The notes beneath the pieces are model-generated. The model ran no database searches. It was not told where the DNA came from and was given only the letters and a program-made list of their open reading frames with translations. Source: an uncultured virus (IMG/VR IMGVR_UViG_3300025732_000034) (Duplodnaviria > Heunggongvirae > Uroviricota > Caudoviricetes). Taken from it: a stretch of 64,000 nt of DNA. A program made the translations under genes and the position numbers. The stretch lies in IMG/VR virus record IMGVR_UViG_3300025732_000034; one strand, written 5' to 3'. Below, in pieces: positions 4,333 to 13,863 of this stretch; the first letter of the stretch is position 1; each line of letters begins with the position of its first letter.

Positions 4333-6800
4333 CCCTTCACCAATTTGCGCTCTTTGCCCTGGGCAGTGGCATAGCGGTAAATGTAGTCCGCATGCCGCTG
4401 CTTGGCCTTGATCACCTTCTCGCGGTACTCGCGGAACATGGTCGAGATGCTGGGGTTGATCGCCCAGACCACATGGTGCTTGGTCATCTTTTCCTCAATC
4501 TGCATGGCCCAGCCAGCCTTCTCAAGCGTGTACATGGCATCGAGCACCATCTGATCCTTCTGCCACTCGGTTTTGCCCTCGAGCCGCCTTCTGGCTGACC
4601 GCTTGAGGCTTCTCAGGTCCACCATCTGCGTGTCCCCGCTCACTTGGATGATGTAGTCGGTCATCCACTGATCGAACGAGTCGTCAAGCACCCCGGCCAA
4701 CTCACCCAGGGCATAGCGGAACGCGGGGATGATGTAGCCCCGCACGATGTGGACAACTTTGTGGACAATCTCAACATCGACCTGCGGGCTGAACGGGTTC
4801 TCCATCAGGTGCATCAACAGAATCAAGCGGCCCGCGGTGCCCTCGAGCTTACCGAAGGCCGTCATATATTCGCTGGATGCGTTCAAGAGCCGCTCGTCCT
4901 GCTTGGCCCCTTCGTACCATGATTGGAAATCCCGATACGCATGGTATGCGTCTGGGGATAACTTGTACGTCTGGGGCGGCAGGGCGTAGATCAAGCGCAG
5001 CGTGTTCTCCCACGCCTGGGCGCTTGTCATGTACTCGGGCACAGGGTTACCCAAGCGCGTCTTGCTACCGCGCAGGATCGCTGGTATAAATCGCTGGAGT
5101 AGACCATCGCTTGCGAGGGAGGCCAGGTTTTGCTTAAAAACTTGTGGCTGGATGTTGCCGTAGATGCTGACGGCCAAGTTCTCGCAGTGGATCGACCCCG
5201 CGCCCACGCGATCCATCTCGTACCGTTCTGCCTCGTATGACACCACCCACGCTGATCGATCCTCGCCGCTTTGCTTGTCGGTCAGTTTGCGAATCCATGA
5301 GTTCATCTCATCGAGGTGGCACAGCAGCCCCCGTGGCCGCTCGGCAGCAGACCGCACGAGTTTCTGGCTGGTGATGTCACTCACCGTGATCTTGAGCGGC
5401 ACAGGCTGCGGTGGCATCTCGGGCACGGCTGGTGGCTGGCCCCCGAGCAGGGCATCGGGCGAGGCTGAGAACTCGAGGAATGACTTCTTGGCGCTGGCGT
5501 ATGCGGCCTCCTTACCCTCCCAGTCCAGCAGTTCCTTCTGGTATCGTGGCCGGTCCTCGGCCTCGATGTCTTTGAGCGGTGAGAGCATGGGGCGCGATCC
5601 GGGTGACTTCTTGTCCGCTGGGTCACCGAGGGTCATCAACCAGAGCACCGGCGGCACTCTGAACCCTGGCATCAACTCGAGCCGGATGCGGGCATCAACC
5701 ACCCCGCAGACAGCGCTCAATCCAGCGAACAAAGGGACCAAAGGGTCGCACCCAACGCTGTCGGATATCTCCAGCGCCCGTGTTTGCAAAACCGAGGGCC
5801 AAAGCCCCATGTCCATCTCTGGTGGCGGTGGCCGCAGCCCTTGCAGCACATCGACCGGGGCCATCGGTGGGGCATCCACCTTGCTGAACAACTCGTGCGC
5901 GTCAGGCGTGGGGCGCTGCCACCCGTGCTGCTTGGCAATGTGAAAGAGTGTCCCCAACTTGACAGCGGTGGCCTTGTCCGGCTTAAAGCTGACCCACTGC
6001 GTCACGATGCCGCGCTCACCAGGGTACTTGGCTGCGGACTGCGCGGACCACTCGTTCCACAGTTGCAGGGCTGCGTCAAGCTGCTCGGTCTGGGTGCCTG
6101 CCCAGTGCAGGGCCATGCCGACGTTGATCCACTCCTCGCGGGCGCAGTCGGCAGGGATGGCCTCGAGCGCCTGCCTGATCTCCTCCCAGGATGCGTCAAC
6201 CTGCTCACCGGTGGCGATGGTGCGCTCTTTGTCTTGCGCCAGCAGTTCGTGCCAGATGTCCAGCAGTTGCTGGGGGATCACGGGCAGGCGCATCCAGTGG
6301 CCCAGGCCAGCCCAGTGATAGGGTTGCTTGGTGTCAGGATGGATGCTTGGGGGCAGCACATCCTGCACCGTCAACCCGTTGGCCGTGGCGCAGCGCAACT
6401 CGTAAGCTGTCACCCCACCGACCAGAATCTTTTTACTCGGCAGCGCGAGGCCAAAGGGCATCGTGTACAGTAGCTTGCCGTGCCCAGGGCGACCACTGTT
6501 GATGATCACAGCATCGGGTGCGTCGTAGAGCGCTTGCAGATCGATCCCCTGCGCCAGCGTAGCGTCCCAGTTGTCGATGTCAAAGGCCATCGTGCCGCTG
6601 TACGCATGGGCCAGTCCAATGCCGTAGCCCTGGGGTAGTTGCGTCTGGTCCTTGAGGCAGCGCTCACGCTTGTTCCAGCCCACCGCAGCAGCACCTGTCG
6701 GACCCTTCGTGCCTGGGGGGATTGGCACAAGGCTCCAGCCATGTCGGATGTACGCATCAACGGATGCGGGATGTTGTTGCACTGATTGGACTGCTGTCAT
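4308..6800 (-). CDS. Bifunctional primase-polymerase with PriCT-2 and DUF3987-like helicase domain
   Basis: N-terminal YIRHGWSLVPI..GTKGP, FDID, GHGKLLY, VLPPSIHP. PriCT-2 WINVGMALH...WNEWS...KY. C-terminal G.PADKKSP, DEM, DGLLQRF. Start set at 6800 by comparison with copy 2. Confidence 0.85.
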   Translation of the reverse strand: MTAVQSVQQHPASVDAYIRHGWSLVPIPPGTKGPTGAAAVGWNKRERCLKDQTQLPQGYGIGLAHAYSGTMAFDIDNWDATLAQGIDLQALYDAPDAVIINSGRPGHGKLLYTMPFGLALPSKKILVGGVTAYELRCATANGLTVQDVLPPSIHPDTKQPYHWAGLGHWMRLPVIPQQLLDIWHELLAQDKERTIATGEQVDASWEEIRQALEAIPADCAREEWINVGMALHWAGTQTEQLDAALQLWNEWSAQSAAKYPGERGIVTQWVSFKPDKATAVKLGTLFHIAKQHGWQRPTPDAHELFSKVDAPPMAPVDVLQGLRPPPPEMDMGLWPSVLQTRALEISDSVGCDPLVPLFAGLSAVCGVVDARIRLELMPGFRVPPVLWLMTLGDPADKKSPGSRPMLSPLKDIEAEDRPRYQKELLDWEGKEAAYASAKKSFLEFSASPDALLGGQPPAVPEMPPQPVPLKITVSDITSQKLVRSAAERPRGLLCHLDEMNSWIRKLTDKQSGEDRSAWVVSYEAERYEMDRVGAGSIHCENLAVSIYGNIQPQVFKQNLASLASDGLLQRFIPAILRGSKTRLGNPVPEYMTSAQAWENTLRLIYALPPQTYKLSPDAYHAYRDFQSWYEGAKQDERLLNASSEYMTAFGKLEGTAGRLILLMHLMENPFSPQVDVEIVHKVVHIVRGYIIPAFRYALGELAGVLDDSFDQWMTDYIIQVSGDTQMVDLRSLKRSARRRLEGKTEWQKDQMVLDAMYTLEKAGWAMQIEEKMTKHHVVWAINPSISTMFREYREKVIKAKQRHADYIYRYATAQGKERKLVKGYDPESMD

Positions 6801-6901
6801 ACACTCAACCCGTTGGTAATTGCAGTTGCCGACAGTCTCCTCATGGGTATTCCTCTTGCGCCTCGGCTGACCCCCGAGGCGTTTCTTTTTCCGCTTGTCA
6901 T
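6797..6901 (-). CDS. 34-aa leader ORF upstream of primase
   Basis: MTSGKRNASGVSRG... conserved at 44,708-44,812. Its stop overlaps the primase ATG. Confidence 0.4.
   Translation of the reverse strand: MTSGKRNASGVSRGARGIPMRRLSATAITNGLSV
6859..6890 (+). terminator. Terminator-like hairpin antisense to primase
   Basis: CGCCTCGG-CTGACCC-CCGAGGCG followed by TTTCTTTTT. Conserved at ~44,770-44,801. Confidence 0.6.
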
Positions 6902-6931
6902 TTATTGCTCCAAAAATATTTTCGCTTGACC

Positions 6932-6970
6932 TGTTGCACATCGTACAGCAACCGTGTTACGATTGCAACA
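6932..6970 (+). promoter_or_regulatory. Putative promoter of the replication operon, bracketed by an inverted repeat
   Basis: TTGCAC (6934), 18 nt spacer, TACGAT (6958). TGTTGCA (6932) and TGCAACA (6964) form an inverted pair. Confidence 0.5.
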
Positions 6971-6990
6971 TCAAACGGAGATTTTTCTAA

Positions 6991-7194
6991 ATGCCCGCAC
7001 TTAAATCATTCGACACGCACATGACTCTACGAGTCACAAACCGTGTCCGTACCGCGTTCAATCGCAAGGCAGAGCGATACGGGAAACCGTCCGATGTCTT
7101 GCGTGAACTCATCGAGGCTTTTCTTGATGATCGACTTGTAATCCAACCCAACCCCCGTAAGGAGTCACTGTATGTCCCTCGAATCCAAGATTGA
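6991..7194 (+). CDS. Ribbon-helix-helix DNA-binding protein
   Basis: THMTLRV beta strand, then AF..KA..YG..SDVLRELIEAF helices. Confidence 0.7.
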   Translation: MPALKSFDTHMTLRVTNRVRTAFNRKAERYGKPSDVLRELIEAFLDDRLVIQPNPRKESLYVPRIQD

Positions 7195-7573
7195 AGCCCT
7201 CACCGCCGCCGTCATTGCCTTGACCGCGAAACTGGAATCTACGAATGTAGCGCCAGCCGCGCCTGTGGTAAACCCTACCCCCGCACCCGTGGCTGCACCG
7301 GCACCCGCTCCAGCCCCTGCACCGGTGGCTGCTGCCATGCCCGCGCCTCCCACGTTTCAACCCGCCCCCGCCGCGCCTGCCGCCACTGGTGCTCCGTTCA
7401 GCGATCCGAAGGGGCTGATCGACTACGTGATGAGCGCATACAAGGCGCTTGGCCCGCAGAAGGGTGCCGAGATTCAGAAGGTCTTGACCGGCTTGGGCTA
7501 CGGCAATATCAACGATGTCAAGCCTGAGCACTACGGCGCTTTGCATGCTGGCGTTGAAGCGCTGAAGGGTTAA
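7172..7573 (+). CDS. Pro/Ala-linker protein of the replication module
   Basis: AAGGAG RBS. MSLE..IE.LT.AV N-terminus, PA-rich linker, G..I.DV.PE.Y C-terminus. Confidence 0.75.
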   Translation: MSLESKIEALTAAVIALTAKLESTNVAPAAPVVNPTPAPVAAPAPAPAPAPVAAAMPAPPTFQPAPAAPAATGAPFSDPKGLIDYVMSAYKALGPQKGAEIQKVLTGLGYGNINDVKPEHYGALHAGVEALKG

Positions 7574-7575
7574 CC

Positions 7576-8874
7576 ATGAGCACCCACGCTAACCTGTCCC
7601 CGAGCAAGCGCCACCGCTGGGCGCTGTGTCCGGGCAGCGTTCGTGAGGAAGCCAAGTACCCAGAGGAGCGCACCAGCGAAGCCGCGATTGACGGCACCCA
7701 TAGTCACACACTGCTTGAGCACTGTCTGAGCGAGGGCGTTGAGCCTGAGACAATGATCGGTCAAGTCCTGAGTGATGACGATGGGGCTTTCAAGGTGGAC
7801 GCTGACCGCGCTGCTAGGGTCAAGGTCGCCACGGACTATGTGAAACACCGCATCGCGGAGCAGTTCGGCATGTGCGAGGTCATCGCGGAAACGCGAGTCA
7901 ACCCTCAGCACCTGCTTGGCCGTGACGACATGAGCGGCACAGTGGACATCCAGATTCGCGGCACTGAAGTGCTCGAACTGGTGGACTACAAAGACGGCAT
8001 GGGTGTGGTGGAGGCCGAGGGCAACTACCAACTCGAACTGTACGCGATGGGCTGCTTGGCTGAGTTGAAGCTGCCCGTCAACGGCCAGTACCCGTGGAAG
8101 CGGGTCCGCATGACCATCATCCAGCCCAAGCTGGCGCTGAAGGGCATGAAGCCAATCACATCGCATGAGGTGCCGGTTCAGGCAATTCTTGATATGATTG
8201 GCAAGATGGTCATCGAAGGCGCTGCCTGCGATGCACCGGACGCACCACTGGTGCCGGGTGACAGTCAATGTAAATTTTGCCGCGCTAAAGGCTCCTGCGC
8301 CGCGCTGGCAAGTAACGTAATGAAGGAGGTAGGAATCATGTTCCAGCCAGCAGTAATGAACCCGATGGATGTCGCGCAGCAAAGCGCTGACAAAGACCCC
8401 ACGACAATGGACGATGCCCAGATCAGACAGATCATGGAGGCGGCTCCGCTCATGCGCCAGCTACTCGAGGGCGTGGAGAAGGAAGCCCTGCGCCGTCTGG
8501 AGGCCGGTCAATCAATCCCTGGACTCAAGTTGGTCAACGGTCGCGGCTCACGCGCCTGGGCGCTGCCCGAGGAGCAGATGGCCGAGAAGCTGGTCAAGAT
8601 GGGCATCCCCAAGACCGCAGTCTACGAAACCAAACTCGTCACCCCCGCCAAGGCTGAGAAGCTGACCTGGGAGAAGCGTGACGGAACCAAGATGCAACTG
8701 TCCGACCGCCAACTCAAGACGATGGAAAACGAGTACGTCGTCAAGATGGCTGGCAAGCTGACTGTTGTCCCTGAATCCGATGGCCGTCCCGCTGTCGTAC
8801 TGAATGCTGCGCCGATGTTCGGTGCAGTTGAAGCAGCACCCGCTGCCGAATCCCTGCCCTCGTGGCTAACCTAA
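7576..8874 (+). CDS. DUF2800-like PD-(D/E)xK (Cas4-like) nuclease
   Basis: HANLSPS..HRW..CPGS, GT..H, GTVD, VDYKDG, QL.LYA.G, IIQP, CKFC...C. Confidence 0.85.
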   Translation: MSTHANLSPSKRHRWALCPGSVREEAKYPEERTSEAAIDGTHSHTLLEHCLSEGVEPETMIGQVLSDDDGAFKVDADRAARVKVATDYVKHRIAEQFGMCEVIAETRVNPQHLLGRDDMSGTVDIQIRGTEVLELVDYKDGMGVVEAEGNYQLELYAMGCLAELKLPVNGQYPWKRVRMTIIQPKLALKGMKPITSHEVPVQAILDMIGKMVIEGAACDAPDAPLVPGDSQCKFCRAKGSCAALASNVMKEVGIMFQPAVMNPMDVAQQSADKDPTTMDDAQIRQIMEAAPLMRQLLEGVEKEALRRLEAGQSIPGLKLVNGRGSRAWALPEEQMAEKLVKMGIPKTAVYETKLVTPAKAEKLTWEKRDGTKMQLSDRQLKTMENEYVVKMAGKLTVVPESDGRPAVVLNAAPMFGAVEAAPAAESLPSWLT

Positions 8875-8889
8875 ACTGGAGTAACTGTA

Positions 8890-9546
8890 ATGTCCGATAT
8901 CATTTTTCTGTCAAACGTCCGTCTGTCTTTCCCGCACCTTGCGGAGCCACAGCGTCAGATCAACGAGGCCACTGGTAAGGAGCGCGTCAGCTACAACTGC
9001 GAGTTCATCATGCCCCAGGATCATCCTGGCTTCACGCAGTTCATGCAGAAGTATGGTGCGCTGGCGCTTGAAAAGTGGAAAGAACACGCCCAGACCGTCA
9101 TGGGCATGATCCAAGGCGACCGCAAGACTCGCTGCTACGGTCGTGGTGAGGAGAAGGTCAACAAGAAAACCTTCCAACCTTATGACGGCTACGCTGGTCA
9201 TGTGTTTATCACCGCTGGCCGCGACTCGCAGCCCCAGGTGATTCAGGCTGATGGTCAACCCATCGACCCGACCAACACGATGGCTTACCAGCAACTGACA
9301 CGCAAGATGTACGGCGGTTGCCGCGTCAACGCTGCTGTCAAGCCCTGGTTGCAAGACAACAAGCATGGCCGTGGTATCCGTTGCGACCTGATTGCCATCC
9401 AGTTCGCTGCTGACGACAAAGCGTTTGGCGAGGGTGCAGTCGATGCGTCCAGCCTGTTCGCGCCTGCCGCCGCACCCGCTGGTATGTTTGCCCCCGCTGC
9501 CGCCCCAGCGATGCCCCTGCCACCCTTTATGACTGGAGCACAGTGA
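8890..9546 (+). CDS. DUF2815-like single-stranded DNA-binding protein
   Basis: NVRLSFP.L, Y.GC.VNA, G..C.L.AIQF..D..FG. Confidence 0.8.
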   Translation: MSDIIFLSNVRLSFPHLAEPQRQINEATGKERVSYNCEFIMPQDHPGFTQFMQKYGALALEKWKEHAQTVMGMIQGDRKTRCYGRGEEKVNKKTFQPYDGYAGHVFITAGRDSQPQVIQADGQPIDPTNTMAYQQLTRKMYGGCRVNAAVKPWLQDNKHGRGIRCDLIAIQFAADDKAFGEGAVDASSLFAPAAAPAGMFAPAAAPAMPLPPFMTGAQ

Positions 9547-9728
9547 TGCAACTCGACCTTCATGTGAGCGAGATCAACGCTGCCATCGCCCTATTCAGTG
9601 GCTTGGCTGAGAAGATCAGGGAGCAGGCGATTGCACAGTCGCAGCCGCCCCAGCCCCCTATGCCCGATCCCAACATTCCAGACAATGCTGAGATTATTCC
9701 AGTAGAAAACGCTGGCGGCACTGACTAA
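9543..9728 (+). CDS. Small hypothetical protein, copy 1 only
   Basis: 61-aa ORF overlapping the SSB stop. No counterpart in copy 2. Confidence 0.55.
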   Translation: MMQLDLHVSEINAAIALFSGLAEKIREQAIAQSQPPQPPMPDPNIPDNAEIIPVENAGGTD

Positions 9729-9736
9729 GTGATAAA

Positions 9737-9873
9737 GGGACCGGTGCCGGGCAAACGAAGTGAAACCCCGCCAAGACGCAAGTCGAATGGGGTTTGCAGA
9801 AAGTGGGCGTCGAGATGCTTGGTGAAAGCGCCCCCTCGGTACTGTACAGCCAGTCTCCGGTCCCCCCTTTTTT
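9737..9873 (+). ncRNA. Candidate structured RNA or leader upstream of DNA polymerase
   Basis: Outer stem GGGACCGG/CCGGTCCC, inner stems AAACCCC/GGGGTTT, GAC-GCAA-GTC (GNRA loop) and GGGCG/CGCCC, then a U-tract. Confidence 0.45.
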
Positions 9874-9884
9874 GAGTAACTGTA

Positions 9885-11735
9885 ATGAGTAACGACTATG
9901 TGTACGACATCGAAACCTATCCCAACGTCTTCACGCTGGCGGTGGAGCATGCGGAAGCACCACTGTGCTGGCTGTTTGAGATCAGCGACTGGCGCAACGA
10001 CTCACGCGAGATCATCGCGTTCCTTCAGTATCTCAAGGATACAAACGCTCGCATGGTCGGGTTCAATAACCTGGGGTTTGACTACCCCGTCCTGCACACC
10101 CTGATCCGCATGGGCCGCTCAGACGCGCCCACGCTGTATCAAAAGGCTCAGGCCATCATCAACTCGCAAGATGATGGTGACGACAAGTGGGCACACCAAG
10201 TCAACCCATCAGACCGGTTTGTGCCGCAGATCGACCTGTTCAAGATTCATCACTTCGACAACAAGGCCCGCGCCACCAGTCTGAAGGTATTGGAGTTCAA
10301 CATGCGTAGCGACAACATCGAAGACCTGCCGTTCAAGGTAGGCACCACGCTGACGCAAGGACAAGTGCCCGTGCTCAAGAAGTACAACAAGCACGATGTG
10401 GCGCAAACCAAGGCGTTTTACAAACACACGTTCGACATGCTCAAATTCCGCGAGGAGTTGACGCACAAGTACAACCGCGACTTCATCAACCACAATGACA
10501 CGAAGATCGGCAAGGACTACTTCGTGATGAAACTGGAGGAGGCTGGGGTCGCCTGCTACGACTACGGTGACAAGGGGCGCACACCCCGGCAGACCAAGCG
10601 CCCTACCATCGCGCTCAAGGATGCCATTCTGCCGTGGATCGCATTCGAGCAGCCCGAGTTCAATCGGGTGCTCAACTGGCTCAAGGGCCAGATCATCACC
10701 GAGACAAAGGGTGTCTTCACGGACCTCATCGCTCGGGTCAACAATTTTGATTTTGTATTTGGATTAGGCGGTATTCATGGATCAGTGGAGTCGGAAGTCA
10801 TTGAGTCAGACGATGAGTTCGTCATCGTGGACCTCGATGTCACTTCATACTATCCAAACTTGGCAATCACGAATGGGTTCTATCCCGCGCATCTCGGCAA
10901 GACCTTTGTCACCATCTACAAGCACCTCTTTGAGCAGCGCAAGCAATACCCCAAGAAGTCCGCAGAATCAGCCATGCTGAAGCTGGCGCTCAACGGCGTG
11001 TACGGTGACAGCAACAATCAGTTCAGCGTGTTTTATGACCCGCTGTTCACCATGAGCATCACGCTCAACGGGCAACTGCTGCTGTGCCTGCTGGCCGAGG
11101 GGCTGATGCACATCCCCGGCCTGCGCTTGATCCAGGTGAACACTGACGGCCTGACCGTGCGGGTGCCCAGGTCAAACAAGTGGCTGGTGGACATGGCCCG
11201 CGCAGCATGGCAAACGCGCACCGGCTTGAATCTCGAGGAGGCCGTCTACAAGCGCGTCTTCATTCGTGATGTGAACAACTACATCGGCCAGTACGAAGAC
11301 GGCTCCGTCAAGCGCAAGGGCGCATACGAGTGGAACGCCCTGTGGCATCAGAACGCTGGTGGCCTCGTGATCCCCAAGGTGGCCGAGAAGGTGCTGGTTG
11401 AGGGTGCGCCCATCCGGCAGACCGTGGAGCAGTGGCCCGACATCATGGACTTCATGCTTCGCACCAAGGTGCCCAGGAGCAGCTACCTTGGCCTGGAGCA
11501 CGATGGCGTGACCACGCAGTTGCAGAACATCACGCGCTACTACATCGCCGTGGGCGGTGGCCGACTATTCAAGTGGATGCCGCCCCTCAAGGGCAAAGCC
11601 GAGTGGCGCAAGATCGGTGTCGAGAGCGGCTGGGGTGTCCAGCCTTGCAACGACATCAAGGATGCTGGCAAGTTGCCGGTGGACTTTGAATACTACGTGA
11701 GGGAGGTGGAGAAACTCTGCCTCGGGCTGGCGTGA
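9885..11735 (+). CDS. Family B DNA polymerase with 3'-5' exonuclease
   Basis: Exonuclease motifs YDIE, GFNN..FD, YN.HDV. Polymerase motifs DVTSYYPN, KLALNGVYG, QVNTDG, KRKG. Confidence 0.9.
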   Translation: MSNDYVYDIETYPNVFTLAVEHAEAPLCWLFEISDWRNDSREIIAFLQYLKDTNARMVGFNNLGFDYPVLHTLIRMGRSDAPTLYQKAQAIINSQDDGDDKWAHQVNPSDRFVPQIDLFKIHHFDNKARATSLKVLEFNMRSDNIEDLPFKVGTTLTQGQVPVLKKYNKHDVAQTKAFYKHTFDMLKFREELTHKYNRDFINHNDTKIGKDYFVMKLEEAGVACYDYGDKGRTPRQTKRPTIALKDAILPWIAFEQPEFNRVLNWLKGQIITETKGVFTDLIARVNNFDFVFGLGGIHGSVESEVIESDDEFVIVDLDVTSYYPNLAITNGFYPAHLGKTFVTIYKHLFEQRKQYPKKSAESAMLKLALNGVYGDSNNQFSVFYDPLFTMSITLNGQLLLCLLAEGLMHIPGLRLIQVNTDGLTVRVPRSNKWLVDMARAAWQTRTGLNLEEAVYKRVFIRDVNNYIGQYEDGSVKRKGAYEWNALWHQNAGGLVIPKVAEKVLVEGAPIRQTVEQWPDIMDFMLRTKVPRSSYLGLEHDGVTTQLQNITRYYIAVGGGRLFKWMPPLKGKAEWRKIGVESGWGVQPCNDIKDAGKLPVDFEYYVREVEKLCLGLA

Positions 11736-11902
11736 ATCGGTTTGAAGCCTGGGAGCGTGACAACCTTGCGCGGTTCTCGCAAGACTGCTACCAGAGGATG
11801 AAGGACCAAGAAAAAGAGATCGAGGCGCTGCGCGAAGACCTTCGCACAGTGCTGGACGCATACAGAAAACTGGTGGTGGACCATGCTCGAAAAACAAATT
11901 GA
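11732..11902 (+). CDS. 56-aa coiled-coil protein
   Basis: Translated by hand (MNRFEAWERDNLARF...). GTGA overlap with the polymerase. Conserved at 49,444-49,614. Confidence 0.7.
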   Translation: MNRFEAWERDNLARFSQDCYQRMKDQEKEIEALREDLRTVLDAYRKLVVDHARKTN

Positions 11903-12179
11903 AGCCAAGGTTTGCAATTACGCCAAAGAACTCGGGGTGTTGGTTTACAAGTTCACCAGCCCCAATCGCATGGCAGTACCCGACCGCATGTTCATCTACA
12001 AGGGGCGCATGTTCTTCATCGAGTTCAAACGCAAGGGGCAAAAACCTACGGCTGCACAGGATCGTGAGCATCAAAGACTGCGCCAGCACTTGATCAGCGT
12101 GTTCGTGGTCGACAGCGTAGATGATGGCAAGTCAACCATCAACACGATGCTGCAACTTATCGAGGCCCGCTTATGTTAA
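11883..12179 (+). CDS. VRR-NUC domain nuclease
   Basis: EK.IE...KFTSP....VPDR....FFIEFK..G.KP...Q. Confidence 0.9.
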   Translation: MLEKQIEAKVCNYAKELGVLVYKFTSPNRMAVPDRMFIYKGRMFFIEFKRKGQKPTAAQDREHQRLRQHLISVFVVDSVDDGKSTINTMLQLIEARLC

Positions 12180-12421
12180 TTGCTCTTGATTACGACAACA
12201 CCTACACCGCCGATCCGAAACTATGGAATCGGTTCGTAAGAGATGCTCAATCCAGCGGACACACCGTAAAGATTGTGACGATGCGGTATCCGCACGAGGT
12301 GATCATTAATCCACCGTGTGAAGTCATTTACACCAGTCGCAAGGCCAAAGCGAAAACCGTCAAAGCCGACATCTGGATTGATGACTCTCCGCATTGGATT
12401 TTTCAGGATGCTGTATGCTGA
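12173..12421 (+). CDS. Minimal HAD-like hydrolase, copy 1 only
   Basis: IALDYDNT (DxD), IVT.R, K.K, IWIDD. Confidence 0.7.
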   Translation: MLIALDYDNTYTADPKLWNRFVRDAQSSGHTVKIVTMRYPHEVIINPPCEVIYTSRKAKAKTVKADIWIDDSPHWIFQDAVC

Positions 12422-13821
12422 CACCTGACTTACTCCACGGCTACCAGCAAAAAGCTGTCAACTTCCAATGCACCCACCCGGCCTCGATGCTGTGGCTGGA
12501 CATGGGCCTAGGCAAGACGGTCATCACGCTCACCAGCCTCGCGCATCTGCTTCGCACGGGCTTCCTGCGTGGCGTGATCATTGTGGCTCCGATCCGTGTC
12601 ATTCGGCTGGTCTGGAGGCAAGAGGCGACGAAGTGGGAGCACACCAAGCACCTCAAGTTCAGCATGGTCACGGGCACCAAGGATCAGCGCACCAGGGCGC
12701 TGCTGCGGCCTGCTGACGTTTACCTGATCAACTACGAGAACCTCGGCTGGCTTGCTGAAACCTTACAGACCTACTTCGTCAAGAAAGAGCGCCCGCTGCC
12801 GTTCAACGGCATCATCTGGGACGAGATCAGCAAGATGAAAAACTCCGCGACCAACCGGGTCAAGGCGTTTCGCAAGATCGCTGACAAGTTCGACTGGACC
12901 ACGGGCCTCACCGGAACACCGGCCAGCAACGGCTACAAAGACCTGCACGGCCAGTTTCTTGTGGTGGACAGGGGTGAGCGCTTGGGCACCAGCAAGACGG
13001 CCTTCAGGACGCGGTTCTACAAGAAGGTGGGGCCGTACAAAGAGGTGCCCTACGAAGACACCGAGGACACCATCAAGAAGCTGATCGGCGACATCACACT
13101 CGAGATGTCAGCGGAGGACTACAACCCGCTGCCTGACCTCATGGTCAACAACATCGAGATTGAGATGCCTGACGACCTGCGGGCCAAGTACGAGAAACTG
13201 GAGCGCGAGTTCTTCCTGGTGCTCGACAGCGGGAAAGAGGTCGAAGCATTCAACCAGGCGGCGCTGACCAACAAATGCTTGCAGTTCTCCAACGGGGCCA
13301 TGTATCCCATCGCAGGCATGCCACTGTGGGAGCCAGTGCATGACCTGAAACTCGAGGCGCTCGAGGAGATTCTGGACGAGGCGCAAGGCAGTCCGGTGCT
13401 GTGTGCGTATGCGTACAGATCAGACGCGCAACGCATCATGGACAAGTTCAAGCACCTGGACCCGATTAACTTGACCGAGTGCAAGAGCGAAGCATCGTTG
13501 ACCAACGCCATGCACCGGTGGAAGACTGGCGACTGTTCGCTGATGATCGGCCACCCGGCATCGATGGGTCACGGGATTGACGGCTTGCAAAAGAACGGCC
13601 ACATCCTTGTCTGGTACGGCCTCAACTGGAGCCTGGACCTGTACGAGCAGTTCAATGCTCGGGTGCGTCGTCAGGGCCAGGGAGCGCCCGTGATCTGCCA
13701 TCGCATCCTCATGCAAGCCACACTGGATCAGGCGCAGGCGATGGCGCTTGACGAGAAGGCAACCACGCAAGCAGGGCTTCGCAACGCAGTCAAACAATAC
13801 CGCTTGACAAAGGGCGCATAA
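12415..13821 (+). CDS. SNF2-family helicase
   Basis: DMGLGKT, INYEN, WDEIS, LTGTP, GHGIDGLQ, Q..AR..RQGQ. Start set by comparison with copy 2. Confidence 0.9.
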   Translation: MLTPDLLHGYQQKAVNFQCTHPASMLWLDMGLGKTVITLTSLAHLLRTGFLRGVIIVAPIRVIRLVWRQEATKWEHTKHLKFSMVTGTKDQRTRALLRPADVYLINYENLGWLAETLQTYFVKKERPLPFNGIIWDEISKMKNSATNRVKAFRKIADKFDWTTGLTGTPASNGYKDLHGQFLVVDRGERLGTSKTAFRTRFYKKVGPYKEVPYEDTEDTIKKLIGDITLEMSAEDYNPLPDLMVNNIEIEMPDDLRAKYEKLEREFFLVLDSGKEVEAFNQAALTNKCLQFSNGAMYPIAGMPLWEPVHDLKLEALEEILDEAQGSPVLCAYAYRSDAQRIMDKFKHLDPINLTECKSEASLTNAMHRWKTGDCSLMIGHPASMGHGIDGLQKNGHILVWYGLNWSLDLYEQFNARVRRQGQGAPVICHRILMQATLDQAQAMALDEKATTQAGLRNAVKQYRLTKGA

Positions 13822-13863
13822 TTTGTGTTACACTGTGTCACACCAACCAAAGGAGTAAATGTA

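Larger units (their letters stand above)
6989..8945 (+). repeat. ~1.96 kb block apparently identical to 44,901-46,857
   Basis: All ORF translations in all frames are identical between the copies. Mismatches resume on both sides. Confidence 0.85.

Noticed and set aside
7576..8874. Cas4-like nuclease as evidence of a CRISPR-Cas system
   Set aside because: No other cas genes and no repeat-spacer array. It sits in a standard phage replication module (DUF2800-like).
9721..9770. Hammerhead ribozyme or tRNA in the SSB-polymerase gap
   Set aside because: CTGACTA does not match the CUGANGA core, and no TTCGA T-loop or cloverleaf was found.
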